63,925 nt of DNA, from the NCBI GenBank assembly GCA_965655095.1, contig OZ296649.1:81282076-81346000 (forward strand), read 5' to 3'. The notes beneath the pieces were generated by a model, which was not told where the DNA came from, did not search any database, and worked only from the letters and a program-made list of their open reading frames with translations. This DNA comes from Haplodiscus bocki. Taxonomy: Eukaryota. Both the position numbers and the translations under genes were made by a program. Shown here piece after piece: positions 1 to 12,100 of the stretch. Numbering within the stretch: position 1 is the first letter of the stretch; each line of letters begins with the position of its first letter.

Positions 1-682
1 TCCCTATTTGTACCTTGAATTGGCGTGTAAACAATTATGTTTCCCGCCACGGAAAATGTACAAATAGGAGAAACGATAGTAGTATTATTAAGATATGAAC
101 TGCAGCATTTTGTATTGTTAGAGGAAATTCTTTTCTTGATTAACTGTTCATATGGATTGAAACTTTTTCCCTCTGAAAGAGGGGATTGCACTCCACTATA
201 AACATCATCTGTTAAAGAATCATAAAAACCCTTATTCAATCTTCAGAACTGTCGAGCTTTCCCCTCTTCCGCGTTATGGCAACACTAAGGAACAAGTGAA
301 AGTTAGCAGCCGTTTCGAGAGATGCACAGGAAAGTGTCAGGAACGGCCAGTTACAGATCACATTCGTTCCGGGGAGGACAAGAGAGTACATCACTTGAGT
401 GTCGGAGGAAAAAGAAGGAAGGTTCACAATGAAACAGTCCGGGGAATTTAGTTGGACGGAGTCATGTATTTTGGGTGCTTTGTCAAAACTCGACGAATTC
501 TTTTTTGAACCCGAAAATACGGACCTGCTCCGGAACCGTTCCGGGAACATCCTAAAACAATGACTCAGAAAACCGTGAACCCATTGGGGATCGACCCTTG
601 AATGATCCTTATCCCGAAGTGGAATTCTCTGTTTGCCAGGCCAGCACTTCAGTTGACTCAGACCGGGAGGAGACCTCTCACA
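1..682 (+). mobile_element. 3' portion of an LTR from a related but diverged Gypsy-like family (3' LTR or solo LTR), with a degenerate gag N-terminus
   Basis: 1-70 aligns with ~1815-1885 of the adjacent LTR (ttgtacctt..ttggcgtgtaaaca..tgtttcccgcca..aaataggag). From ~277 it encodes MATLRNK*KLAAVSRDAQE..., homologous to MATLGSRRKLAAVTRKTQE at 2060. It ends ...ctctcaCA at 682 and is not followed by a TGG PBS. Confidence 0.75.
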
Positions 683-1260
683 GCTTGACTTCTGTTTTAA
701 TTTTTTTCTGGGAGTCTCAGAAAGTGAATACTTTGAGTTTGGAAAAATCTGCCCACAATTTCCTTTGGATTTCCGGTTCAGCGACTGACGTGGGAAGAAA
801 TCTCCGCCTATTGAATCTTCTCCAGACATCGCGGAGGAATCTATCGAAGTTCCAGTAAACTAAGTATTTTCTCATTCTATTTTCTTTCAAGCCTAAAATA
901 AAACAAAGGTTCTGTCGCAGTATATCCACTAAGCCTACGGGCATAAAGAAAGAAAAGGACATCTCCTGATTGCCTGAAAGTTCACAAAAACTGTATCGAA
1001 ACTTTAGACTTTTCCATTTTCATTCATATAATAATATTGCAGTAATATATCAACGCCTTCACATGTAGTTGATAGGTATCAAATACGTATTACTCCTCTG
1101 TAAATTTTCATGTAATTTCTTCGTATTTTAAACGTAGCACTCCCCTGTAGTAATCCAGATTGAGATGGAACTGCTACGGAACGGACACGTACCTACCTAG
1201 CAGCTGCTCTACCTAGCAGCAGAGTGAATATTTGTTCCGTACGCATTCCGTCCCTGCCGA

Positions 1261-1291
1261 TCTGGTGACGTCACTAGAAATCCGACCAATC
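1261..1291 (+). promoter_or_regulatory. LTR U3 CRE-like palindrome (TCTGGTGACGTCACTAGA) plus CCAAT box; same motifs in the 3' LTR at +5677
   Basis: Perfect GTGACGTCAC core inside a near-perfect 18-bp palindrome, followed by gaCCAATc. Function is inferred from the motif only. Confidence 0.45.
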
Positions 1292-1871
1292 CGCTGTGCT
1301 TCTATGCTGTTTCAATTTGGACGAACACGGAACGTCTACGTGTCCACCAGATTCATTCTCCTCAGTAGCATTGCGGAGAGCAGTGCTACAAGCGGCTACG
1401 TAGCCGTTCCGGAACACTTTCTCCAAAATGAGGAACCAGCCTGTAACAACAAGGAACGGACTAGGAAAAAGCGTAGTTCGTTCCAAAGGTGGATTTATTC
1501 GATGCAATGGTATTACCAAGCATGTAATTATGATTTTCTATGATTATTTTAGTATATTCTACCTAAGTTTGGTGCATTTTTTAATTCTTTCCTCTTATGG
1601 AAAATTTTTCTGGTCATTTGTTTATGTTATCATTTATTGTGTCGGCGCGGGAATAAGCATTTTGATATCCATTTTTGCCTGATCATACCCGTAAATCTTC
1701 CGTCGAAAGATAGAAAAGACGCGGTCTGTAAATGAAGAAATGGAGGGAAAGTTGTTTGTTTCCCGCCAGAGTCAGCATATTTCCTTTGTAATTATTATGA
1801 TTAAAGTACTTTTACCTACTTTGTACCTTTACTTGGCGTGTAAACAGTTTTGTTTCCCGCCAAGGAAAGGG

Positions 1872-2012
1872 TATAAATAGGAGAAATGAAAGTACTAAAG
1901 AGGAGATTCATAATATCACTTTGATTATCAGTTGAATGTACTGAGTGCGACTAGTTGTTTATTCTAAAGAATAACATTTTTTGTTGTAAACTCAAGTTGA
2001 TTAACAAATAAA
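1872..2012 (+). promoter_or_regulatory. LTR TATA box (TATAAAT, 1872) and polyadenylation signal (AATAAA, 2007-2012)
   Basis: Canonical motifs in the order and spacing expected for the U3/R/U5 boundaries; repeated in the 3' LTR. Confidence 0.6.
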
Positions 2013-2458
2013 AACTAATTCAGTCTTCATACCTGCGTAGCATTTTTCCCTTCAAAAAGATGGCAACGTTGGGAAGCAGACGAAAGTTGGCAGCCGTTAC
2101 AAGAAAAACACAAGAAGAACATCCCAGGAACGGCCAGTCACGAAACACATCCGTTCCCAGAATTAACGAGAAATATATCACACAAGTGTTTGAGGAGATT
2201 GAAGGCAGAGTCACTAAAAAACTGTTCCAGGAGGTCAGCAGGACAGAGTCCCGCATTTTGGGTGCTGTGCTTAAAGTAGACAATTTTCGCTTGAACCTAC
2301 AGATACGGACGCACTCCGGAACCGTTCCTGGAACATTCCGAAACAAAAACGTAGAAAACCAGGGAACGAATGAGGACGACTCCCAGAGTGATCCTCATCC
2401 TGAAGCAAGCCTCTTCCGCAGCCATACTGCACAAAACTCTGGCCCAGTAGTTCCACGT

Positions 2459-2584
2459 GACATGGTGACAGGAGTTCAAGGAGAGACTCTCTATGGCCAC
2501 GACATGATGACAGGAGCTACAGTAGAAATTGGCAATTGCAATGACATGTTGACAGCAGTTCAAGAAGAGGTTCCCTACTGCTCC
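2459..2584 (+). repeat. Three in-frame 42-bp tandem units, each beginning with an LTR-end/PBS-like motif
   Basis: GACATGGTGACAGGAGTTCAAG (2459), GACATGATGACAGGAGCTACAG (2501), GACATGTTGACAGCAGTTCAAG (2543). The protein repeats are DMVTGVQ / DMMTGAT / DMLTAVQ. Confidence 0.85.
2463..2475 (+). other. Primer-binding site, probably tRNA-Leu
   Basis: TGGTGACAGGAGT directly after the LTR-terminal CA. 12/13 match to the complement of the common eukaryotic tRNA-Leu 3' end (TGGTGTCAGGAGT). Confidence 0.7.
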
Positions 2585-4199
2585 TCTGGACTTTCCTCAG
2601 GAAAACAAAGGAAGGTGCGCTCCACAAGTCAACCACAATTTCGCAGTGAGAACACCCCAGCGACAATCGAAGCAGACCAGATTTTGTTGGCCCTTCAGCA
2701 ATTGGCGACGAACAGTAATTTCGCCAATGTCAATAACAACAGTAACAGAATCTCGAAACTGCCTTAATCCCTCACGACATCAATGCCCACCTTCGACGGA
2801 AAATCGGAGAAATTTGAACTGTTTGAACATCTATTCCAAACGAGTTTAAAAGTCCACAATCAGCTCACAGTAGCTACCTCTCAAATCCACAATCAGCTTA
2901 CAAAACAAACTACTACGTCTCTTGCTTGCGTTTTGATGCGCTGCAGACGTTCAAAAACATCGGAAACCGGAACCGAGAGAGTCTGACAGAAATCCTAATT
3001 GTGTTCCGCAGGAAATACGTGAAACCCCAGTCGAGGGCTACGGCAAAACACAAATTTCAACAACTGGTTTTCAATCCAGTGAACCAGAATTTGATTGATT
3101 TTTTGGACGAACTCTAGAAATTGGCAAAAGAAGCTTTCCGAGTTGCTGCTCATGCAATGATTGAACAATTCATATATGCCAAGATGCCTCCACACCTAAA
3201 GAAATCGATAAACCAGGCCCACTTGGAGAACCGCACGTATGAACAGATTGTGACACACCTCAAAAGGGAATTAGAGCTAAACAGTTTGGAATATCTTGAT
3301 GAAACTCAAATGAACACTGTGACGCACAAACAACAAATTGAAGGCAACCCAGATAATGCTGGAAATATCAACAGTGACACAAAAGACTCTAACCCCAACA
3401 ATCACAAAATTGACAGAAAATCTGGAACTCTCTACCCACCCTGTGGGACATGTGGCAAAACAAAGCGCTCCACAGAGAGATGTTACGTTGGAGCTAATGC
3501 AGCAAACCGGTCACTTCCCTGGAAGAACAAAACTAAAGAACAGGACGCACATGACAGTATAGCTGGTTGTGTCCAGGCTACAGCCCAACATCTTAACCAG
3601 AAGGGCCACATTCTCACTCTGGAACAGTGACTGACAGACCGGAGACCAACAGAAGAAAAATCCACCAATCCCATGTGTTGTCTGGCAGCAACCTCTGTAG
3701 ATATTTGTGGATAGTTCACGTTAGCTAATACTCAAAATGACTCTACTGCTAAAACTAATGAAAACACGCATGCGCCCCAACTAAAACAGAGAAATGATGT
3801 AGATTCATAAACGACGTCATTAAAGGAAACCTCACTTCAAAGTCCGAAACCACTACGGAACAGTTCCGAGAAAATGAAACCAGTAGAAAACAAGTACTGT
3901 GCCTCAATAACTCCCAGAACTTTCAAAACGAAACCCAGGAAACGATTAACGGCATCACAGCTGAAATGTAATGGAGATGACAATATTTCCTCTCTCACAA
4001 AAACAACTTCACGGCTGTTTGGGAAACGCTTGTGAGAGATGAGACATGGACGAGATGTATATATCAGTGTCCTCCATCAGAGTTACTGAAAAGTGTATCT
4101 GACTCTGGATTTCGTAAACTATCTAAAACACAACCCACTTGACTAGTAGCATACTAAGCCTCATACGAGAAGTTTGCCCACAAAGTCTTCATAAAAGAA

Positions 4200-5870
4200 G
4201 GGATATATGACGGAATGGATACGTATCATAATTTCAACTATAAACGGGACACGAATTGGAAGCATCAGAACCCTAATTCTACCAACCCCCGCAGCACAAA
4301 ATATAATCTATGCCATCACCTGAATCCGAATTGCAAGGAAACTTACAGACATTGAATTTTGAATGTGACCTAATATGTTCCACGGAACGTCTACGTACAC
4401 TTTCCGGAAAACCTAGGAACGTGTTATGGAACTGATACGGAGCAAACATGTACCTATTCCTGGAAGCTTCTGACAGTTCTCCTGGAACAAATACGATGTT
4501 TTGACCACTAGTCCTCAAAGGATATTGGTGATTGCAATAGTGAATTTCTAATATTGTTTTCTGAGGATAATTTTTGTCAACTGACTCATTTTCCACTCAT
4601 TATCTCTCAGACTGCAATTCGACGATTTTGTGTGCAACTGAAGCAATACAGGCAGGGAATAGACTGAATGAAAAAATACTTGGAACAGTCCCAGATAACC
4701 CGGTTATGGGCGACATCAACGACATTACTGCTTCCACCCAGGAGAAAACAAGGAGTGTTACGGAACAATTCCCGAAATTCTACGAACGTACCACAAAAGT
4801 GTCGCACCTGATCCTGTACTTCATTCAAGTCTTCCAACATAAAATACACATTACACACACACTACCAACTGCCAAAATACAAATCCTACGGGAATACGCA
4901 CTATTCATTAGAAGATTCAGCAACTGAGCCTTCTTCACCTCACTAACGGAACGACAAAACAAACAATCTGATGCCCAGTGGCATGCACAACAATGGCAGC
5001 AGGATTTGTGATGAATAATCCTAAAAGGCGGAAATGAGGTAAAACTTGGAATCAATGAGGAACAATACTAGTAAATTCCTCATCTGAACCTTATTAGTAC
5101 CATCATTAAAAGCCTGCTCCCTTAGCTCCCAACTACAACTCCGACTTTGGACAGCTTCCGAGACGTCACACTGAAACCCGCAGCTAGCGATACCCAGCGT
5201 CTGGTAACAACGGCGCGGCGTACCCTCGGCTGACCATCAGTCTCCACCCCAGTCGATACGTCATCTCTTCCGGAAACTCTAGGAGCAAATTCGGCATCTC
5301 CTACAAAAAAAACGATAAAAAATCACTGCCTCACAAACGAATCCACAATGTAGATTAAAGAAAATCTAACTCTCAAGATTAACAGTGAGAGATATTTTTC
5401 TAGAGCCTTCTTTGCGGACATTCTCCTGCGAAGTGGGGGCAACATCTTCAAACTCGAATCCCAACACGTCAATCCGAGAGGTCCCGGAGATTTACGGATG
5501 AACAAATGGCTCCTCAGAACAATTATACACTAAAACACACTAGCCTCACGAAGTCATCTTCAAGTTTCAGCGCGCGCAGCAGAACTAGCCTAATAGAATT
5601 CAATGACTGGCCAGCAAAGAAAATCTAATAGAAAGGCTAATGGTATATGTTGAAGATTTGACAATTCACATTGCGGAGTTTGAGCGTTGCCAATAACACC
5701 CTCAGAGGAGATCTGACCCTCCGGCCTTTTCCTTGGGACAATTTTCGAGCAAATGAAACCCTGCGACTCAAACCCGGAGATCGCCAACGCGGGAGCAACA
5801 AAAACAACATCGACACCCTCAGTTTCGATGCCTGCCTTTTCCCCGCATCTTCATTAGTTTCGCCATGATC
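4200..5870 (+). pseudogene. Possible decayed additional 3' ORF of unknown function inside the LTR element
   Basis: The frame of ORF 4574-4927 stays protein-like on both sides, with scattered TGA/TAA/TAG stops compatible with C>T decay. No pol or env motif recognised. Confidence 0.35.
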
Positions 5871-6576
5871 TCCAACAACAAGCTATTCCAGAACTCCACC
5901 TGGTTTCCCGGACTCTCCTTGTCCATCTTCACAAGATATTTCTCTTCAGCGACACATGGAGGTTGATAGAAATGGCAAAATGAGTTCTGGCGGAACCTAC
6001 AACTGACTCAGAATCTGCTTAAGATAAAGTGATCTCTTCATGCCTGATCACATTTTTCTCAGACATTCCATGGAATAGCAACACTTTAAAATCAATTGGT
6101 GGATTTAGATACCTAAATCATTAACTACTTACTCAATACAATTTTTATGAATTTGTCTGCCAGTAATGACGTCAGCATGATATTTCGAGGAACTGTTGAG
6201 GAACGAAACTAAAAATTTCCTGATTTCAAAACTTTGCTTTCTTTGACTTGTTTACACAGTAACGCCCCCAATTTCTACTCACTATTACGTAACAGCGTCA
6301 AAATTACCATTCAATACGGAAACTACAGAGAAGTTCCCAGCTGAAAAGAAAACTACGGAGATTTTACGTATGTTCTTCGTCACTTGACAAAGTACATTTG
6401 GTGAATTCAATAGCTTTTATCAACGAGCGTAAATCTTCACTTAGGTTTCGAGTTATTAATGGCGATTGGTCATCTTGTGAATTGTCGACAATTGTGATTT
6501 CTATGTGGAACAATCATCGATGAGCAGAGCGAATCGAAAACAGAAAAGAAGATTGACCATGGGAACGTCCTTTCAC

Positions 6577-6589
6577 AAAAGAAGGGGAG
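6577..6589 (+). other. Polypurine tract
   Basis: AAAAGAAGGGGAG abuts the TG start of the 3' LTR. Confidence 0.88.
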
Positions 6590-8139
6590 TGTCGCAGTAT
6601 ATCCGCGAAGCCTACGGGCAAAAAGAAAGAAAAGGACATCTCCAGATTGACTGAAAACTTAAAGAAACTCTATCGAAACTTTAGACTTTTCCATTTCCAT
6701 TCATATAATAATATTGCAGTAATATATCAACGACTTTACATGTAGTTGACACGTATCAAATACATATTACTCCCCAGTAAACTTTCATGTAAATTCTAAG
6801 TATTTGATACGTAGCACTCCCGTGTAGTAATCCAGATTGAGATGGAACTGCTACGGAACGGACACGTACCTACCTAGCAGCTGCTCTACCTAGCAGCAGA
6901 GTGAATATTTGTTCCGTACGCATTCCGTCCCTGCCGATCTGGTGACGTCACTAGAAATCCGACCAATCCGCTGTGCTTCTATGCTGTTTCAATTTGGACG
7001 AACACGGAACGTCTACGTGTCCACCAGATTCATTCTCCTCAGTAGCATTGCGGAGAGCAGTGCTACAAGCGGCTACGTAGCCGTTCCGGAACACTTTCTC
7101 CAAAATGAGGAACCAGCCTGTAACAACAAGGAACGGACTAGGAAAAAGCGTAGTTCGTTCCAAAGGTGGATTTATTCGATGCAATGGTATTACCAAGCAT
7201 GTAATTATGATTTTCTATGATTATTTTAGTATATTCTACCTAAGTTTGGTGCATTTTTTAATTCTTTCCTCTTATGGAAAATTTTTCTGGTCATTTGTTT
7301 ATGTTATCATTTATTGTGTCGGCGCGGGAATAAGCATTTTGATATCCATTTTTGCCTGATCATACCCGTAAATCTTCCGTCGAAAGATAGAAAAGACGCG
7401 GTCTGTAAATGAAGAAATGGAGGGAAAGTTGTTTGTTTCCCGCCAGAGTCAGCATATTTCCTTTGTAATTATTATGATTAAAGTACTTTTACCTACTTTG
7501 TACCTTTACTTGGCGTGTAAACAGTTTTGTTTCCCGCCAAGGAAAGGGTATAAATAGGAGAAATGAAAGTACTAAAGAGGAGATTCATAATATCACTTTG
7601 ATTATCAGTTGAATGTACTGAGTGCGACTAGTTGTTTATTCTAAAGAATAACATTTTTTGTTGTAAACTCAAGTTGATTAACAAATAAAAACTAATTCAG
7701 TCTTCATACCTGCGTAGCATTTTTCCCTTCAAAAAGATGGCAACGTTGAGAAGCAGACGAAAGTTGGCAGCCGTTACAAGAAAAACACAAGAAGAACATC
7801 CTAGGAACGGCCAGTCACGAAACACATCCGTTCCTAGAATTAACGAGAAATATATCACACAAGTTTTTGAGGAGATTGAAGGCAGAGTCACCAAGAAACT
7901 GTTCCAGGAGTTCAGCAGGACAGAGTCCCGCATTTTGGGTGCTCTGTCTAAATTAGACGAATTTCTCTTGAACCTACAGATACGGACGCACTTCGAAACC
8001 GTTCCTGGAACATTCCGAAACACAAACGTAGAAAACCATGGAACGAATGAGGACGACTCCCAGAGTGATCCTCATCCTGAAGCAGGCCTCTTCCGCAGCC
8101 ATATTACACAAAACTCTGGCCCAGAAGTTCCACGTGACA
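6590..8139 (+). repeat. 3' LTR (1550 bp), carrying a second copy of the gag N-terminus (ORF 7737-8153)
   Basis: Direct repeat of 913-2462. ORFs 6909, 6951 and 7105 are identical to 1232, 1274 and 1428. The gag copy runs out of the LTR into flank and stops. Confidence 0.93.
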
Positions 8140-8434
8140 GTTTCCCAAACTGAGCAGCAGGAAAAATTGAAAGCAGCAGAAAATTATGCTCTCTGACAGG
8201 GGTAGTCTTTTTTGGTAACCTGAGCGAATATATCCTGCTTCTCTTAACGCCGAGAAACTGAATGTGTTTCCGCTAAAAATTTCTGCTTTTTCATTAAATA
8301 AATTACATCTACATGTTCTACAGCGGAAATATTGATCTTTTCATTAAAGACGCTTATTACTCTCAACTTTTGGACTTTTTACGTATTAATAGTAAGCGCT
8401 ACTTCTTCATTAAGAAAAATGTTAGGAAACACTA

Positions 8435-9178
8435 CCCGAGTCGAAATCCCAGAGATGTTGAGCGCCGAACAGCGCTGTTTCAGAGACTTGACGTTTTTTA
8501 GCGCTGATTCAGAGAACACGCAAAACACCAGCGCTAATCAGCGTTGTTTCAGAGCTGATCAGACCTGATTTTCTATGAATCAGCGCTATTCAGCGCTGCG
8601 GAAAACATTGAACAACCGACGAAAAAGGCTCTTATAGTGATAGGGAAATTTTTATGGTCACCGAAAAGACGATGTGTTAGACTAATCAAGTTGTAGGAAA
8701 ACTCTTCTCGGCCAAAATCTCGTCAAAAAATCGAATTGGTGTAACAACTGTTTTTTCACCACTCCATGACTGCACGTGACGTGGATCACGGAAAAACAAC
8801 TGAAATAATGGTTTTTCGACAAAACATGAGCTAGTCAAGTGGAAAAGCCGTGTGAATGAGACTGACCTTTTGACGTTTCAGGAGAGAATGTGATGACTTT
8901 TGACCAGCACTGATTTTTTTTGCTTTGTAAATGTTAGTTTTCAGCGCTTTACAGCGCTGATTCAGAAAAAATCAGCTCTGAAACAGCACTTTTCAGCGCT
9001 GATTTCTTTTGCTCTGGGAAAGAGGGTTTTCAGAGCTGAACAGCAATGAAACAGCACTTTCAGAGATTTTCAGGTAATGTACAGCGCTGATTCAGTACTG
9101 AGTTAGCGCTGAACAGCTCTCTGTTTGTTTATGAATAAGTTCTGAACAGCGCTCATATCTCGTGAGACTTCAACCGGG
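8435..9178. mobile_element. MITE-like non-autonomous DNA transposon with imperfect TIRs and subterminal AGCGCT repeats
   Basis: Left end CCCGAGTCGAAATCCCAGAGATGTTGAGCGC resembles the reverse complement of the right end, CCCGGTTGAAGTCTCACGAGATATGAGCGC. Clusters of CAGCGCTG(A/T)TTCAGAG-type motifs lie at 8460-8600 and 8940-9155 around a unique core. TSD not clear. Confidence 0.6.
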
Positions 9179-12100
9179 GATCTGCAAAAGATAAAACCAA
9201 AATTGAGGTTTTTTGCTTTTTTTTCAAACATCCGTGGAGTGTTTCACCTTTTTGAAAATTCATTAAACTTGAAGATACTACAGAGTGGCTGTTATCTAAC
9301 AAAGTTCGATTTGAGCAAAAACTGCGTTTAATTGCTCATTCAGTTAAAATTGAACAAACATTTTTCATTATAATAACTTTGAAGACGATCGTTGAATACA
9401 GTTTTCTTATATCTGATTTCCCTAATGAAAGTTTCATGAAATTTTTGTATTAAAAAATGATTCTTATAAAGTTTTTCATGCCTAACTTCTGTCTGTTGCG
9501 TTCTTATTCTCCAAGTTTCGTTGATTAACTTTGCAAATTTTCGCGGGGTTCTATAAGTTTCTTGCAAGCACTCTCCAAAGCCTAAACAATCTTTCAATGC
9601 AGCAGTGAAAATTTTAAAATATATGTATACTAGATGTCTAAATTTTCTATGTTTGATGAATTATTTGCCTGCATGCATTAATTCAACATAAAAAAATTTA
9701 ATGCAACGTTCGCTAGGTTCAGCAAATTTTAGATGCTGCTTCTTTAATTTTGTTTCTGAACAAGTTGCAATCAGGAGGGGTTTTGATTGAGGTGAATAGA
9801 CGTACATGGTCTGAAATTACTTTAGCCAGATAGTATATGCAAAACATTTTTACCGATAAACGATAAAATTTTACAATTCAACTCCGATTTCATGATTTTG
9901 AAGTGAAAGTTAAGAATAAGTCTTGAAGATAATAATTCAGGAAACATCAGCGAAGAATGGTTTTTCTGCCGGACTTCTTACTTTTTTTTCCATTTCAGAA
10001 GTAAAATCTACTTCAATGGGCTTGATTTCTGCTCCACTAAAGCTTACCGACAAGATTCCAGTCTCAGTATCAAGTGGAACTCGATGGTTTTTTGGTGTTT
10101 TTTCAAAAATTTCACAAAGAGAATGGAATTTTACTGCAACTTTTGAGTTATTCCGGGAGAAACTTCGTCTCGGAAAGAGGAAGAAATGTTTCAATTTTCT
10201 CCCAACGGTAAATATGCCTACATTGAGATCAACCATTTGTGTCGCAGGCTGCCGCCTGTGACGGCCAGACATATAAAGTTTTTTCGGCAGTCACTGAGCG
10301 GGCATGGAAGTCAAATCTTTGCCCTCGTTTCAAGACTAAACTATTAAGGAACTGCTATTTGCATATACAAGTGTTGGATAACAGATGTTCCTTACATTTT
10401 TACATAAAATGCATCCTACCCAGATAGATCTTATATTTAGAAATTTAATTTTTACCTAATATCTTTGTAAATATTCATATCTATACTGTCAATGAATACA
10501 ATCAAAACGCACGGGAAATTAGTCCAAGTCATTGTTTACAGGGCTTTTTTGACGGGCAGTATTATACTCTAATCTAATTGATCCAATCATATAAATTCAC
10601 CAAATTCGTGCTCACGTAGAAACGCTGCAGAATTAGCTTGGTCAAAAAGGCCTTCTTTTGACCAGTTCGATCACAAACGAACGGTCGCCTCAAAAGAAAA
10701 GAGGAAAGACAGCAAAATATGTTCACAACAACTGCAAATTGACTCAACGCAGAGAAAGAATCTAGAGATGCTGCTTACATGTATACACGCATAAGTACAT
10801 AACTAACTACTACTTTATGTAATTATGCTCAATTACAAGTATGTATTTGCTCCACATAACCAAGCAGTGCTTGTAATCATTACCATTATCCTTGCTCATC
10901 AATGAAGTATCAGATAGGTCACAAGCCAGTCCTGGTGACAATCGTTTGACAAAAATGCGCGAAGGCTCGTCTAGCCTAAGTAGCATGGTCTTACAAAATC
11001 AATGACGCCATAAATTTTGTCTCATAAAACTACTGTTCAATTATTACATGCAAAAAAACACGCTTGATTATGTGTAGAAATAAAGAGTGTCAATACAACG
11101 TGACATTTTTTTTCTTGTTTTGTTCAAACCAAAAATAATCTGCGTCGTTTATAATTTCTCAAGACCTACCCTTAGATTATTCAATTACATGTATATTTAT
11201 AAATCACATATCTAACATATTGTCCTAATACAAAAACGATTGTCACCATTCATACATAACTGAAAGCTCAACTTCTTTAGCCAGTCCTTTTGACCGTACT
11301 GTCATGCCAATTTATAATAACCATACAAATCATGTTCTGGGGTGATATCAGGCACTTGAAACCTGATTTTCCCACAATGATGCTATAATATGAAACCATG
11401 CTTTCCATCATACAAATTTAAACACCACACTTGCATTTAAACTTTTAACAGCCTAAGTTTGCTTTTCGTGACTTTTCGGCATTTTACGTTTGATGTGCTA
11501 AGCAGTTGCTATTTGCCCAGATATTACCGAAAACACATCAACAGGCCAGAAACCCTAACAAGGGACAAGGAACTACAACAGGGGGCCAAAAAAGAACAGA
11601 AAACCAATAAATTGGCCCAAAACATATCCGGTAACCGGAAACCATTACTTGTAGCTTTGAACAAAATGAGGTGAGTAGAAATAATATGGGGTAGACAAAA
11701 ACAACTTCATTAAGCTGGAAACCGGATCACGTGGCCGGAAAGCTTATCAGTTGGCCAGAAACTGTATCAGGTGGCAAGGAACTAAATCAGGCGGCCAGAA
11801 AAAACATCAGGTAGTCAGAAAATACATCAGCTGGCATGCATATCAGGATAACATATAAAAGATCAAAAGAACGGAAATCATATCAGCTGTCTAGGCACCT
11901 TTTTGGTGGGCAAAAAATTGTATTAGCTGGGCAGAAACAACATCAGGCGACCAGAAACAAAATCAAGTAATCAAAAACGGTAACAGGTGGCCAGAAACTA
12001 GAATTGATGGTCAAAAAAGTTATCAAGTTACGGGAAATTAAATGTAGATGTTAACCATATCAAGAATCTAGAAACCTCATCCAATGGCCAGAAATCATAT

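Larger units (their letters stand above)
913..2462 (+). repeat. 5' LTR (1550 bp)
   Basis: TG...CA termini; direct repeat of 6590-8139; immediately followed by the PBS. Confidence 0.93.
2060..3630 (+). pseudogene. gag: Gag polyprotein remnant (stops and frameshifts), starting inside the LTR
   Basis: Consecutive ORFs 2060-2767, 2783-2986, 2926-3117 and 3121-3630. Capsid-like motifs MPTFDGKSEKFELFE and FQQLVFNP..LIDFLDEL. Degenerate zinc knuckle CGTCGKTKRSTERC (Cx2Cx4[H>R]x4C). Confidence 0.85.
913..8139 (+). mobile_element. Non-autonomous Ty3/Gypsy-like LTR retrotransposon (7.2 kb; gag remnant, pol deleted)
   Basis: Direct repeats 913-2462 and 6590-8139 (offset 5677, both TGTCGCAG...CACGTGACA). 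PBS-like TGGTGACAGGAGT at 2463. PPT AAAAGAAGGGGAG at 6577-6589. Flanks GGTTC (908-912) and GTTTC (8140-8144) form a 5-bp TSD with one mismatch. No RT or integrase motifs inside. Confidence 0.93.

Noticed and set aside
2463-2475. Similarity between the PBS (TGGTGACAGG) and the satellite dyad (TGGTGACCAG)
   Set aside because: Only 7-8 bp match, which is expected by chance, and there is no flanking homology.
236-2563. Antisense ORFs over the gag N-terminus (236-829, 2020-2346, 2297-2563, and 7697-8023 in the 3' LTR) and LTR U3 ORFs (1232-1682)
   Set aside because: They are shadows of the sense gag frame or chance ORFs. Their identity between LTRs reflects DNA identity, not protein-level selection.
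9340-10272. Minus-strand ORFs 9340-9597 and 9937-10272 as a possible decayed gene or transposase
   Set aside because: No recognisable motif, and the intervening sequence has multiple stops; I cannot support a call without a search.
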